Shown here in pieces: positions 39,230 to 53,834 of a DNA stretch of 64,000 nucleotides. The notes beneath the pieces were generated by a model that saw only the letters and a program-made list of their open reading frames with translations, was not told the DNA's origin and did not search any database. This DNA is from Octopus sinensis (taxonomy: Eukaryota): assembly GCF_006345805.1 (NCBI RefSeq), contig NC_043010.1, forward strand, positions 49,414,001 through 49,478,000, given 5' to 3'. Numbering within the stretch: position 1 is the first letter of the stretch; the number at the start of each line of letters is the position of its first letter. Made by a program: the position numbers and the translations under genes.

Positions 39230-40921
39230 CATTTTATAAGCACACACGTATATATACATATATGCATACATACATATATATACATACATATGCATGTGTG
39301 TATATACACACATATATATACATACATGTATATACACATATATATATGTATATAGACATATTATGTATGTATATAGACATATATGTATATGTGTATATAT
39401 ATATACACACACACACACATTATATATATATATATAGTATATATAGTGACCGTGTGTGTATCGTCTTTAATGTTTCGACCCTATGCTCTTCAATAGAAAG
39501 GAACAGAAGAAACAAGGAGAGAAAATTAAGAATGTGTAGAGGCTAGTAATCTATCATGGTGAATATATACATACATACATACATACACATATATATATAT
39601 ATACATACATACATATATACACATATACATACTTATATACATACATACACATATATATATATATACATACATATACACACATATATATACATAAATATAT
39701 ACATACATACAAATATACATACAAACACATATACATACAAATACATACATATATATAGAGAGAGAACAAAGTGTATACATATATACACACATACATACCT
39801 ACATACATACATATTTACATACATATACACATACATACACATACATACATACACATACATATATACATACATACACATACATATATAAACATACATACAT
39901 ACACATAGATACATACACATACATACATACCTATACTTACATAGGTATACACACACATGCATACACATACACACATACATACACACACACAGAGATACAT
40001 AAATACATACATACACATACATACATATGTGTATATATATATATATATATACGTAAATGTCAAACAAAGAGAATGAGTGCTGAACATCAAACTGATGTAT
40101 AAGAAATTTTTTATTTGTGTATTGGTTTAAAGTTGACAGAAATATTCTTTTATTCATCGCCTTATTCTTTGGACTTATTCTTTGTAAGCCTGGTACTTAC
40201 TCTATCAGTATCTTTTGCTGAACCACTAAGTTACAGGGACATAAACACACCAAAACTGGTTGCCAAGCGATGGTGGGAGAACAAAGACAGACATACGAAT
40301 ACACATATATATATATATACGTATACATATTTATGTATATGCATATACACAAACACACGTGGAGGGATGACAAAGAAGCATATAAAAACAGGAAAAAACC
40401 ACATGACTGCAGACAAGAGCAACCCCTCATCTGTTGTCAACCAAATATCATCACATTTCCAATACTTTCCTACAATATTGTGCATTTTTTTGATGTCAGC
40501 AATGTAAGCTGCTGCCTTGACAACTACAATGACATGTAAAACTAACAAAGCACAGCACATGCCACCAAATTATACCTCTATGTGAAATATACATTCTTGC
40601 TTCTAGGTTGGAAGACATTCTATATAAAGGGATACTTCTGGGTCATTTATTTTATTTTTTTGTTGTTACTGTCCTTGCCTGGTTGTTTCATTACATTTAT
40701 TCATATGAATATGCATATATTTAAACATGTTTACACACACACACACATATATATATTATGTATACATATATGTGTATACACATACAGATATATGTAGATA
40801 CGTTTATATATGAATACATATGCATGTACAGCAATATATATGTATACATATATACATACATGCTTATATATTCATATATATATGCATACTATACATGCAT
40901 ATATCTATCTATCTATCTATC

Positions 40922-40960
<39 letters not shown>

Positions 40961-41110
40961 GTGTAAACAGATGTATGTATTTGTGTGTGTGTATATATAT
41001 ATATATATATCATTATCATCAACGATGATGATGATGATATATATATATATATATATATACTCACACAAATACATACATCTGTTTACACGTGTGTGTGTGT
41101 GTGTGTGTTT
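39230..41110. repeat. Several (TA)/(CA)/(TACA) microsatellite fields with a partial minus-strand SINE A at about 40085-40300
   Basis: Direct reading; explains the low-complexity ORFs at 39070-41138. Confidence 0.9.
39465..39500 (-). ncRNA. Degenerate second hammerhead motif in tandem with 39119-39153
   Basis: CUUU-CUAUUGA-A-GAGC auag GGUC-GAAA-CA-UU-AAAG: same architecture with a mutated core. Confidence 0.45.
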
Positions 41111-44100
41111 TCATAATATCAGAATTCTTTCCATTTAGATTTTGAAAATACATGCAGAGTTTTTTTTTTTTTTATCTTGGTAGGGGAAGGGTGGATGTTT
41201 TTCATGTTTTTGTTCCATAAATTTTGTTAGATAATTACTCCTGAAAACAGCAAACAATATTAAACAAAAATAATAAATATTACATTTCATTTAGATAAAA
41301 GCAATATTTCATAACCTTGATTACTTCCTATACCAGGTGTTGCACCCAATGTTAATATATTAATGTAGTTTTGTAACTAGTTGAGGATAACCAACCAAAT
41401 ATTACAATGGCCTATCAGATAAAAGCCTTATGTTTAACTATATCCTTGAAAAAAAAAAAAAAAAAAAAAAAAAGATTTAAAAAAATGAAATATCAGTTTA
41501 GGCATTGTGTAATTTGTTTTCAAACGGTAGGAATTGTTGGTTGCATTAACTATTAAACTGAATGACTGATAGAAAATTCAAAATCAATTTGCATATTAAA
41601 CATTGATGTGCTAATTTAATTTTGTTACATACAGTCAACCAGAAAATAAAAGCAGCCCATTATAGTTCTGGTGCAAAATATCACTTAGTGCCAAGTTTCA
41701 AAGCGAATTAGCCAATAAAACCTTTCTAGCAACTTTGAATATACACATACACACACACACACACACAAATTAAAGTGTTTTTCCCCCTTTTTTGGAAGCA
41801 GCCAGCATCGTAAAAGATTGATGTTATTATCTCATGTCTACAAAAAGTGACAACTAAAATAAAGTTCAACAAGGAATCATATGAATGTAAGGTCATGTGC
41901 AGATACAGCATTTATTTTCGAAGAGTATCAGAGTAATAATTTTATGGTGAGAGCTGTAACTAAGCTGAAAATAACAGAAGCTTTTTGCCAATTAAAAGAG
42001 AGCAGTACAGACCACAAATAATACGCTGTATTCTAATATTCAATAGTCAATGTAAAAAAGAAGCAATAATTTTTTTATTTTAAATCTATCCCATAATGTT
42101 TTGTAGTGATGTATATTATATATGCTAATCTTAATAGCTATGACACAAAGAAGAGTCCACTGAAATGTCTGATTTGAATTCAAAGAAGGGCTTTCTTTCT
42201 ATAATCCAAGACATTAGATATTCAGAAATGCAACATAGTCAATAGTAAACGTTGAGTTGATGTATGTTGATTTAAGTCAACATTTTATTCATTTAGTTGG
42301 TTTTCCTTTAAGCTATTTATTCTATTACCACAATTCATTGATTTCTTTTTTCTCAGGGTAAATTTGCTTCAGTTCTTTCAAAAGGTTAGGACACACTTTC
42401 CATCAAGTTTGTTATGATGGTTTAATAATAAAAGCCATTTTCAACAATATTTATTGTATTTATTAGTAACCCAGTCCTGAATAGATATTTAGAAATGTAG
42501 ATTGTATCAACGGTATGAATGCAGTGTTCTATTTCAATCCATTTAGGAAAAGCTACATTATGTATATTATCTAGAGCATATATTTTGTAACTGGATATAA
42601 AAAAAAAACCTACCCTTGGTAAGTAAACAAAATGTAAAATAAAATGAAACAGGTGAGTCTATCTTTATAAATTTTAGACCTATTTTAGGGATTTAGATAT
42701 TTTATGAAGTTTATGAATTGTGAAAGGCCATCAAAATGCACTGTAGTTATGTGCCAAGTCAAATGAAAACATTATACAATTAGATTTTAATCTCAGAAAC
42801 TGGTATTTCAAAATCTAAATGGAAAGAGTTCTCAAAATAGTACATTGTTTTTTTCCTACACAGTAACATTAATTCAAGTTTATAAGGGAAGGAATGTGTG
42901 AATATTCATGACTTTTGACACTGACATCTATGAGAAAGGCATCAGACAACAAGTAGAAACTGAAATAAAATTGAAAACATTGATTTTACTTTGGTGTGAG
43001 ATTCCGTTGTGTTACATTTGAAACAGGAGAATAAAATACCAAATGAAAAATTAGCACAATGACTAAATTAACCAAAACATTATAATTTTATTAACTTTGA
43101 TATCTATAATCTTAGTCAACAATTCATGCTGAAATAATGACATTAATCTATCTTTTTGTTTAACTTCACAATACTACAACTGCTTGTTCTAAGAAAGAAA
43201 CTGTAAGTTAACATCTATGTATTAGTGTGTGTATGTGTGTATACAAGTACACATGTTTATGTGTGTTCATCTGAAGCTGATGATCCACTTTGGCACTACT
43301 AAATTTCTCATTGTTGTGTATATATCCAGGCAATGATAGTCTACATAAAACTAGATGTAAATGAGTGTTGCAAATGCTATTCTGGCTCAAAAAATTTAAC
43401 CAATTTAAACTGTTTCAATCTTACGCACTGTTCCAATTCCTTTATTGCATTTTTATGTTCACAGGAAATAGGTTTTAAACACTGGACTGTTATATTGTTT
43501 TCTGAGCAATAACTACCACTTAGGAGCATATTACTAGAGCTTATCCTTTAATTAGATTAACATTTGCATTTGCATTTACATTATTGACCATCTCCTGGTT
43601 GAAGCTCTTAATCTCACTGAAATGACAACTGAGCTCAAGTTTCATTGGTGATTAAAATTGTTTTGATCTCTTCCCTTGTCTCCCCACCCGCCAAAATAAA
43701 AAAAATTGATCTCAATTCATCATTGACAGAATGATTTTTTTTTTCACAGAACATTTAGAATTGAAAAGGTTAAAATAAAGTTAAATATTATAAAAACAAG
43801 TAAATAATATTCCTGACAAATAAAGACCATAAAAACTATAACATCTGTTAAAATACTCTTTGTCAATAGATTCTTTAATAGCTGCAGTCAAATTAGCAGT
43901 GATGTTGCCTGACATGTGCAAGATTACACATTTTCACACAAGTAGTGCACATTTGTATTGATTTCTATCACATAATTACAGTTTTTCAATCCAAAAGGAA
44001 AAAGACCCCTAGGATATCCAACTGGCTAATGTATTTGAATGGGAGAAGAGGAAATGGGTAGCATTTTAACCCGTCACAAATTAAAATAAGAAAAATGGAA

Positions 44101-45132
44101 GAGAAAAGACTGATCCTATAGACCCAAAATAAATGGAAATTTATGGTGTTTACCCACTGTAAAAGAATTAGTATTGAAAGGGTACCATTTTGTCAGAAAA
44201 TCAAAACCAGGTTATGATAACAATCCCTAAATCACTAGTCTATTTTTGTTCATAACAGTAAAGACCAATTAGATAATTATAGCAAAAAAACTCTTGAGTG
44301 ACATTATCTATGCTCCAAATCCTTGGGACATTCATTAACTTAACTCATATGAGTATGTGTGTTATTAATGCTTGCGATTTGGAAAGGATTAGCAAACAAA
44401 GAATTGTGAGTTAACAGTTTTGATAAGTTACAGTTTATCAACTGTACAGCTGTTTAATTCAGACTTGCTTTAATGCTTTTTACTAGCTAGTACCCAAATA
44501 CAAGCCTTTCAATGATGCTATAGACAACAGCTCACAAATGACCAACTGTGTAGAAAACATTTATGCTGCTCCACCAAAGAAAAGGTGAATAATTTTGGGT
44601 GCCCATATTGGCTAAAGGAGCAAAAGTGAAATAATTTACCTATTTATACCAATAAGGGAATGGATATTTGGGAAAGTACTGTAATATATAACTTGCATGT
44701 TTATTTCTATTATTGGTTTCAGTCAGTGGACCATGCTCATATATTAATAGATTCTAGTTAATTATATTAACAGTAGTAGTTAGGTCTCATAATAATTTTG
44801 TTAATTATCTATTCAAAGAATAATTAATTTAACCTTGAGACATGCCCATTTTTAGGAAGTTACCTCCTCCTACAAAGTAAATGCTACAAAGAAATTACAC
44901 TATTTTACACTGGTGTATATAAACACAGACACTAGGCTTCTGCATAATATCTGTTGACTAAATTTCACATGCAAGATATAAATCGATTTGAGTTTATGGT
45001 AAGAGATTGAAACCAGAACCACAGCTTGTGAACTCCTTAACCATACAACAATGCTTGCATCCATCTCTGCAAGAAATCAGATTATGTTAATAGTGAAAGG
45101 TCCTACATCATTCTACAGACAAATCCCCATCA

Positions 45133-45163
<31 letters not shown>

Positions 45164-46189
45164 ATTAGATATGTAATCAAATATCTTAGGCATATGCTTT
45201 TCATATTATAATTATCATTCACATCATTTTAATTGCATCAACTATTACAATTTACAAAGCATTGACCGACTCAATGTTAATATTGTATGAAGGGAAATTT
45301 TTGGATATGAAAACAATAGATGCTAACCAACATCTTCTCGATAAAGCTATTTATAGATATAAAGGAAACAAAGCAGGCCATTTTATATTTCTCTGAGAAC
45401 TTATGTTCTTACAAGAAGCTGTTGGTTACTAACTCAAGATTTTGAAATTTGATAGATTAGGATCAACTAAATAAGACTGTCTAACCCCATTCCACATGAA
45501 AGCAGCTGTCGAAAGTTTTCACAGCACAAAGAACTGGTTTTTTGGTCAAGAGTATTAGTAACTAGAGATTTGAGCTTTAGGAATACAATTAAATAAACAC
45601 TTAAAGAAATGGAACAAAACAAATAGACTGTGATTTTTTTGTATGTAGAGAAAAGTGTAGAGTGAATTAAATTGGTCTTAAATTGCTTCCCAGTAAATTG
45701 ACACTCACAACATTTGAACCTAGAATGTGGTGGGATGAAATTATAAGCTGCAATACATTTTGTCTCATGTTAAGAATTCACTAATCTAATAATGGTAATA
45801 ATGTGTGTGTGTGTGCGTACACGATATGCATGTGCGCTTGAGAGGAGGGAAAAGTCTGAGTCACAAGGGAAACAAATGTTTCAAGATTTGCTTAATTATC
45901 ATTGAAACAAGAACCAGTAAGTGATTTTCAGTTACTATAAAATTACAGAATAGATTTTTTTCAATAAGAAATAAACATTTTTCTTTCTCATTCAGCAGGT
46001 CTATGCCTTCACAAAATTATTCCTTAATTCAATGTTTCGTAATATCTTATTGTGAAGAATATTGCAGCAAGGATTACTTCCATGACCTGTAGTATTCCAG
46101 GAAAATGGGGCACTCTAAAATGATAAAAGTAATACTGAAATGGTTGGGTTCTACGATGATTAACATGGGGAATTATGGATCAAGATTAA

Positions 46190-46830
46190 AAGCTGCATAC
46201 CTGGCAGAATCGTTAGTACGCTGGGCAAAACAATTAGTGGCATTTCTCCTGGGTTTACATTCTGAGTTCAAAAGCTGTCAAAGACGACATTGCCTTTCAT
46301 CCTTGTGAGGTCAATAAAATAAGTATTGGTCAAGCACTGGGTTTGATATAATCAAGTAACTGCTCCCCCAAAATTTCTGGCCTATAGTAAAAAGAATTAT
46401 TGTTGTTGTTGTTGTTAACATACTGGACAAAAAGCTTAGCTGCTTTTCTTCCAGCTTTACGTTCTCAGTTTAAATTCCACAGAAGCTGACTTTGCCTTTC
46501 ATCCTTTCAGGGTCAATGAAATAAGTACTTGTTGAGCACTGGGGTCACTGTAATCAACTAACCACTTCCCCAAATTTCAGGCCTCCTGCCTTCATTAGAA
46601 AAGATTATTATTATACAAGGCAGTAAGCTGGCAGAATCAGTAGTACCCTGAGCAAGATGCTTAGTGGCATTTTGTCAATCTTTATGTTCTGAGTTCAAAT
46701 TCTGCCAAGGTTGACTTTGCCTTCCATCCTTTCAGGTCAATTAAATAAGTACCAGTTATGCACTGGGTTCTGAGATACTTGACTTATCCCTCCGCCAAAT
46801 TTCAGGCCTTATGCCTATAGTTGAAAGGAT
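46190..46830 (+). mobile_element. Three head-to-tail SINE family B copies
   Basis: ctggcagaatc...gagttcaaa...ctttcatcc...taagtac repeated three times, separated by (TTA/TTG)n tails. Confidence 0.85.
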
Positions 46831-48124
46831 TGTTGTTGTTGTTTCTATTATTATTATTCAGGTAAGATATCCATAAGACGTGTAGATTAAGGGAGATTGG
46901 GAAGAAAAAAAGCTATTATCTAAGAATATTGATCCTTGCATTCAAAATTGTGTCCAACATTTGCCAACATATTTAGTTGTTTAAGGCATGTTTTTAGTTG
47001 CCTACACCTCATTTATTTTGAAGCCATTATTATAACTGGGAAGTAATATACTCTACCATATAACTGATATGATGCCAGCCAAAACTTCAATGTAACACAT
47101 AACGTAATGGAAATGGTGCATGTTACATAATAAAATGTATCACATATAAAACAGTGTGTAATAAAACACCTAAACAAAAACGAAATGAGATTGAATGAAA
47201 ATGATTTGCCTAAACTTTTCAATGGTAGATATCTCTTCATTTCAAAATGTATCTTTTTTAGCGAAATTTCATACAGAGCATCGAAAAAAGCAATGCGATG
47301 AGCAAATAAATTGCACATTAAGAACATTTAGAAATTTGTATGTGTGCTTGTATGTATACAGGTATTCTTAAAGATATATTTTTAACACATTTTAAATTGC
47401 TTTATACCATGTATTTCTAACTGTAGATTTTATTTTGTTGTTTTAATTTATCTGGGAAAATAATGGCATGTTTTGAAATGGGGGTGTTTTAGTCATGTGC
47501 AGCAACATAAATATTCGTTACTTTGCAAGAATGCATATCTCATTTGAAAGATTAAAACATTGATTAATGTTATTGAAGTCCATATGTATTTTTTCAGCTG
47601 TTTATTTATTTATTTTTTTGCCTTTTAAGACACTCGAGTTTTGTAATGGATATGGAGAAAAATATGCTAAATATGTGCTGAAAGTTGACCACAAATACCT
47701 TAAAATTGTCTGCAACATTCATTACACATGGGCTGAAAGAACTATTCCAAAACATCAATTTCAAAATTTTTGAAAAAGAAGAGATAAAGGGAAGTGCTTC
47801 TGATGCAAAAATTGAAGCCAATAGTAGAAGAAAACCTATGAGAAAATTAATTGATCAATGGTAAAAGTTGCTTTTTTACTCCAAGTCAGTTCTGACTAAA
47901 GAATTCCTGTCAAAACCATAATATATCTATGAATACATCACCCAATCTGTCCTTCATCAATATAATGGTTGGGTTTGATTAGCCATAATATCAAACTTAT
48001 ATTTACAGTCAGAAAACACATGAAGTACTAAAATAAAACAGCCCTCTATTAGAATAGTATGAGAAGTTTGAACAACAAAATCTTGAAAATGAGTGAAGCA
48101 CGCTCAAAACACTGACCTAATAAT

Positions 48125-48347
48125 GGTTTCAAATGTTGGCAAAAGGCCAGCAGCTGGGGGTGTGGGGGAGAGAAGGTAAGTCAATTACATTGACCCCAGT
48201 GCTGAACTGGTACTTATTTTATCAACCCTGAAAGGATGAAAGGCAAAGTCAACTTTGATGGAATTTGAACTCAGAATGTATAGATGGATGAAATGCTGCC
48301 AAGCAGTTTGCTAGGCATGCTAACGATTTTGCCAGCTTGCTACCTTA
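48125..48347 (-). mobile_element. SINE family B, full length
   Basis: Reverse complement of the 46619-46830 copy. Confidence 0.88.
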
Positions 48348-50179
48348 AATGGACTTAATATTGGACAGTAGAAATCAGCGAAATTAGTAAATCAGAAACT
48401 AATTTTAAAAAGTTATTAAAGTAGCAGCACTTTTGAAGCCACTTGCTCGAAAGAAGACTAACTACACACACATACACACAATAATATGACCATTAAAAAT
48501 ACATAGACTGTACTGGAGTACCAAACAGAAGAGAGGAAGCTATAATGAACAAAAATATAAAAATATAACATTGAAATTAAATGAAAAACATGCAATATTC
48601 CATAGAATTTTACCTCTATAGAGATTTCAATTACCACAATAAGGTCTCCTCTCTGTCTGAGCCAATTTTGATAATAATGACATTTTGAGGAAAACCAAGC
48701 TGTGCTGGAAATCTTTACTGATTAAATCACGATAAATTTATGCTGGAGCAGGAATCAGCGACCAAAGAACTTATTTACTCTTCTATTAGCTTTTAGACAG
48801 AAACCATCCTAATGAAGCATTCTACTAAGACAGTATTTTTTTGTTTATTTTTTCAACTTTAGTGTTTAGCGAGACTTCAACATTAATGAAGTTTGTCACT
48901 TATTTGTTTATACTCACCAAAATATATACCATCATAGTATTATGGAATGTTTTAATGGTCAAAATTAAAATAAATTGATTTGGTTTTTTAAGAAGTTAAT
49001 TTCAAAAACACATGGTTCTGAAGTCTATCCCACTGCACAGCAGTAAGTATCTTCTACTACAATCTTGGATTGATCAATACTTTACAATGGAAAATTGATA
49101 GACAGAAACTGTGCAGAAACCCAATGTGTGTGAACCTTTTGTTGATGTATACTGAAGGAGCAAAACATCTGCAAGGAATGAGAGAAGAAAAACGGTGTTC
49201 CACAAACAAAGTCCCTTGAAATATTAGTTCTGCATTGAGTTCTAGACATTCCTTGTTACTGCCTACACCGATTACAATGTATATAAAATAAGTATTGCTA
49301 ACAGAAACAATATCCAGCAAAGAACTTAATAGATCCCAACCACTTGAAAAGTAAAGGCTTTTACAGCCCACAGGATATTGGCATCATAAAAGGAAAGAGC
49401 TGCTAGCAACTATAAAGAACTATAGAGACATACTCAAATAGTTTATCAGAAATAGAATAGCATAGTAAACTAGCATAGCACTTTGAAAGCTGACTAGTGT
49501 TTACAGATGAGCAAGAAAGAAAGAAAAAAAAAAAGAACTTGACAGAAGACCAAAACAGAGAAACGGGAAAATAAAAATGAATACATGGATAAAAACCCAC
49601 CAACAGCTGCTGTGAACAAAGAATATATGGTTTATTACAAACCAGAAAATTGAAAATTCAGTCAACCCATGCAGGTGCAGAGAATAGCATCCTTTTACTA
49701 TTCACTAAGAAAAGAGGAAAACAAACAAGGAAGAAAAAAAGTCTTAACAGAATCTCAACTAGCTCATTAACACACAGCAATGACAAAGGGGGAAAAGACG
49801 ATTTTTAAAGATACTAACCATAGACAAATTGGCTGTCAACAATGATTCCTGTCATACTGCTGAAGATAATTAAAACAGAACCAAGTAAAGACAAGTACTT
49901 TGTGCTTAAGATGATCATTTTCGGGGGGGGGGGGGGAAGCCCATATGGCCTACTTCAGACTTGTGTGTTTGGAGTAGGCTAATGCACTCATAAAACATTG
50001 TCTCATAACAGCTATGTTATAGGGTTCAAATATATTCATACCACACACACATATATAACCTGTATAATTATATTATAATTATATATAACTATGGTGGTTG
50101 TTATACCATTATGTAAGAATTACTGAAACAGCAACAGGAATGGAATAACTGAAATATTCCATTTTTTGTTATTCTTTCA

Positions 50180-50429
50180 GATATATATATATATATATAT
50201 ACATATGTATGTATATACACACATATGCATGTATATATATACATATACATGTATATGTATGAATATATACATATATGCATGTGAGTATATATATACATAT
50301 GTGCATATATATACATATATGCATGTATATATATATACATATATGCATGTATATATATATATATATATATATATACGTATATATGTACACATATACATAT
50401 ATATATGTAAATATAGGCATGTGTGTGTG

Positions 50430-50461
<32 letters not shown>

Positions 50462-50700
50462 TATATATATATATACATATACATGCATGTATATATGTAT
50501 AGATATATATATATATATATGCATGTATGTATATGTATGTATATATATGTGTATGTATGTATATATGTATATATATATGTATATATATACACACATGCGT
50601 ACACACACACATATATATATACAAACACTTATATACAAATATACACATGCCTAAACACACATATATATACACATACTTATGAACGCACACGTTTATATAC
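50180..50700. repeat. Compound (TA)/(CA) microsatellite field
   Basis: Direct reading. Confidence 0.95.
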
Positions 50701-51469
50701 AATGGTAAAAGAGAATAACAAGATAACTCTGTGTGTGTGTATGCCCGTATGCGAAAATTATACACTAACTAGCAGAAATCTATTGGCTGTAATACTTTGT
50801 TCCAGAGATGGATGCAACAGTAAATTGCCCTGCTTGGACTCATTTGAAGATCTAATTTTCTGATAGCTCTTCCCCACTAATTAGCTTGCAATATGAATAA
50901 CTATATATAATTGATTAGATACAGCTAATTTACAGAGCACAACTGTCTGTTATGAAAACTAAAAAACAAAAACAAAAAAATTCACTAGGTTTGAAATGGC
51001 TATCTTCATGTTATTTAACAAAGCAAGTAAACTATTGAGGTTTTATGTTGCCTTGTCTACTTAGGTTCATTTGAGAATAAAGTGTCTTATTCATCAAAAC
51101 TATTGCTATTGAAAGGAAAAGGACTGTCAACACTTGTGACAGGTATGGCCAGCACTGCTGATATTGTGAGCTGCAGTTTTTTTTTTTTGCTGTAGTTCGC
51201 TTTCGCTCCCCCACCCCTTTATAATATTCATACATCAAAAAATGGTAATTGTATTCTAAGTAGAGCAGACATCAACATCTAATAGTAATTTTACATAGTT
51301 CATGACAGGAGGAATTAGTTATTGATTCACAATACAATTTTTTATAATGATAAAAATCAACATTTGTAGTTATATATTTTGAGAACAATTCAATCAACTC
51401 TACTCTACTCTCTTCTGCTAATGTTCTGCAACGTTTCAATGTTGGAAAATCACGAGCCACAGATATAAT

Positions 51470-51640
51470 AATGCATTGTGGTATTTGTTTTGGCATTTTA
51501 CATTCTGAGTTCAAATCCCATTAAGTTCAACTTTGCATTTCATCTTTTTGGGATCAATAAAATAAAGAACCAGTCAAGTACTAAGGTCTGATCTAATCAA
51601 CTAACTCCAAATTTCTAGCCTTGTACCTATACTGAAAAGA
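51470..51640 (+). mobile_element. SINE family B, degenerate
   Basis: ttctgagttcaaatccc...ctttgcatttcatc...gatcaataaaataa. Confidence 0.7.
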
Positions 51641-52139
51641 AATTATTTAAGTCAAAGGAATGGTGAAATAGAGTTCTTGTCGCATTATATTCAGAATTCA
51701 AATTCTGCTGAGATTATCCCTCTTGAGGTTGCTTGCTTTCTTACTTCATGCCCTTGCTTGATGGGGCTGGGGCTCATCCCAGGTTAGTGGTCATAGAGGG
51801 ATTCATTGTGTGTAAAGCAGACAAGTTCACCAGTGTTCCCTATTGCTAGCGGTCCCGTGCCAGCCCCTTGCAACCTCCAAGATGACATTGAGCCTCTGAA
51901 GATCTTCCAGTCAACAGCTGGTATGTTAAATGAGAGTAAGGCCCTGGTAGGATGGTCTGGCAGGAGTTGGGGGACGTATCTGTACCAGTGCATGTGGCGG
52001 ATACCTATGAGGTGGGATAAAATAAATACTGACCACACATACAGGGATTCATTTAAAAAGAGTATAACACTTACTTACAGGTATATTCTAACAGCAATGA
52101 GGGGGTAATTGGTGGAGAACAGAGTTCTCCATGATTTAA

Positions 52140-52340
52140 CCCTTTAGCGCTTAAACTAGCCATATCCAGCCCTGTTATTCAACTGATTTTATGTGAAAAC
52201 CAGCGAGATCTACAATGTCATTCTAAAAACAAATGATCATATCACTGAAATCTTGAAGCTACAAGATTATCTATAATTAATTCAAAACAGTGTGAACAAA
52301 TAAACATTACATTTGGCAGAGTAATCTGAATGCTAAAGGG
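52140..52340. mobile_element. piggyBac-type MITE, same family as 15837-16056
   Basis: ttaa-ccctttagc ... gctaaaggg. Confidence 0.8.
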
Positions 52341-52589
52341 TTCTTATGTTCTATATTCAAATTCAATTAGAAACAACTTAGCATTTCATCTCTTTAGAAT
52401 AAATAAAATATAAGCTACATACAGTGGTTTCTCTTGTTATGGAAATTCTGCATTAAGTATAACCACTAATTTCAAGATATAACCAGCAATTCTACTCTGC
52501 TGGAATTTTTGGTGAATTGTAACAATTTTAAAACTAAATTCATGATATATACATGTATAAAATCTATACTGTTTTTTTTTAACTAGGTA

Positions 52590-52859
52590 TGCACAAATGA
52601 AACAATATTAAATTAAAATCACCATCTGTGTATCATACAAAATGTATATACATCATTTGAAGGCAGGAAGCTGTGGAATTATCTGAGATAAAATCCCTTT
52701 GTAGGCTTGTGCTAAAAACAAAATATACTGGAGTAAGATAAACATCACTACCACAGTGGTTCATGAGAGTGACAGATGCATTTTGCCTTTCTTGAGGTTT
52801 AACAAAAACATGTCTGTTGTTCTCATGAATCACTGAGGCAATACAGTTCATCTCGCTTA

Positions 52860-52895
<36 letters not shown>

Positions 52896-53091
52896 CATTT
52901 TTATCACAGCATGTCTATGAAGAGATTTTCTCTCAGACAAAAACCATAGCATCATGACTTCTAATTGAGGATATAAATTTAGTATGAAACAGAGATGGCA
53001 ATTTTAATTTAATGCCGTTTCAATTGTGCATAATGAGTTTTTCTACAGTCCAACAAGCTTCCACAATACCAGTCAATGTATTATTTCCTGT

Positions 53092-53139
<48 letters not shown>

Positions 53140-53380
53140 CATGAATTTCATATAGGCAGGAAACAATCAAGCTTTAAGGAAGACAAATGCATCTGTCATT
53201 TATTTGAGTCAGTGCAATGATGATGTTCATCTTGCTCTGAACATATATTGTGTTTTTAACACAAGTCTATAAAGAGATTTTATCTCAGACAATTCCATAA
53301 CTTCATGCCTTCTAACAGTTTATATACAATACCAGGATACACAGACAGCGATATTGTTTTATAAATATTTGATGTTATAT
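52590..53380. repeat. Three local copies of a 150-200-bp unit, the first inverted relative to the other two, separated by (TA)n
   Basis: 52676-52720 vs reverse complement of 53251-53295: 40/45 identical. A third copy lies at about 52893-53040. Confidence 0.8.
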
Positions 53381-53609
53381 TTTTATTGTCTGTTGCTACT
53401 GCATTATTTTTTATTTCTCGCTACTGCAGTTGTGATTTCTCGACTAACACCACTGCTGTATGAATTTTTTACCCATTTCTACTGCTATATATAGATTTTT
53501 CGTCTATCATGGCCACTGCTGAAAACAAATTTCACAAGCATGTACATTATGGTGCATTACCCTTATTCATGTTGGCTGGAAATATGCCATTAAGTGAAAG
53601 TTAAAGCAG

Positions 53610-53700
53610 TAGTGCAAAAAAGGAGTTTTAAAGGGATTACACAGGATATTAAACTTGATGCTTTACAAAGGTTTGAAGTGATGCTTAATGTGGAATGGCC
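53610..53700 (+). mobile_element. Possible Tigger/pogo transposase N-terminal remnant
   Basis: KRSFKGITQDIKLDALQRFE resembles the CENP-B/psq HTH start. Confidence 0.4.
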
Positions 53701-53834
53701 CCTGAGTGTGTAAGCCGACAATCAGACACGATGCAATGTGTCAATAAACATGATGGCCATTCAAGTAGAAGCTGTAAGTTTCTCCTGTGTCCTAATGCAT
53801 TTCTCTCTTGAAACATTTATACACACACACACAC

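Noticed and set aside
48560-48700. YRDFNYHN resembling the LINE endonuclease GDFN motif
   Set aside because: Too short and degenerate to call with support.
49819-49859. Minus-strand 41-nt segment with good AG/GT sites
   Set aside because: Not frame-compatible as a cassette and no REEP similarity.
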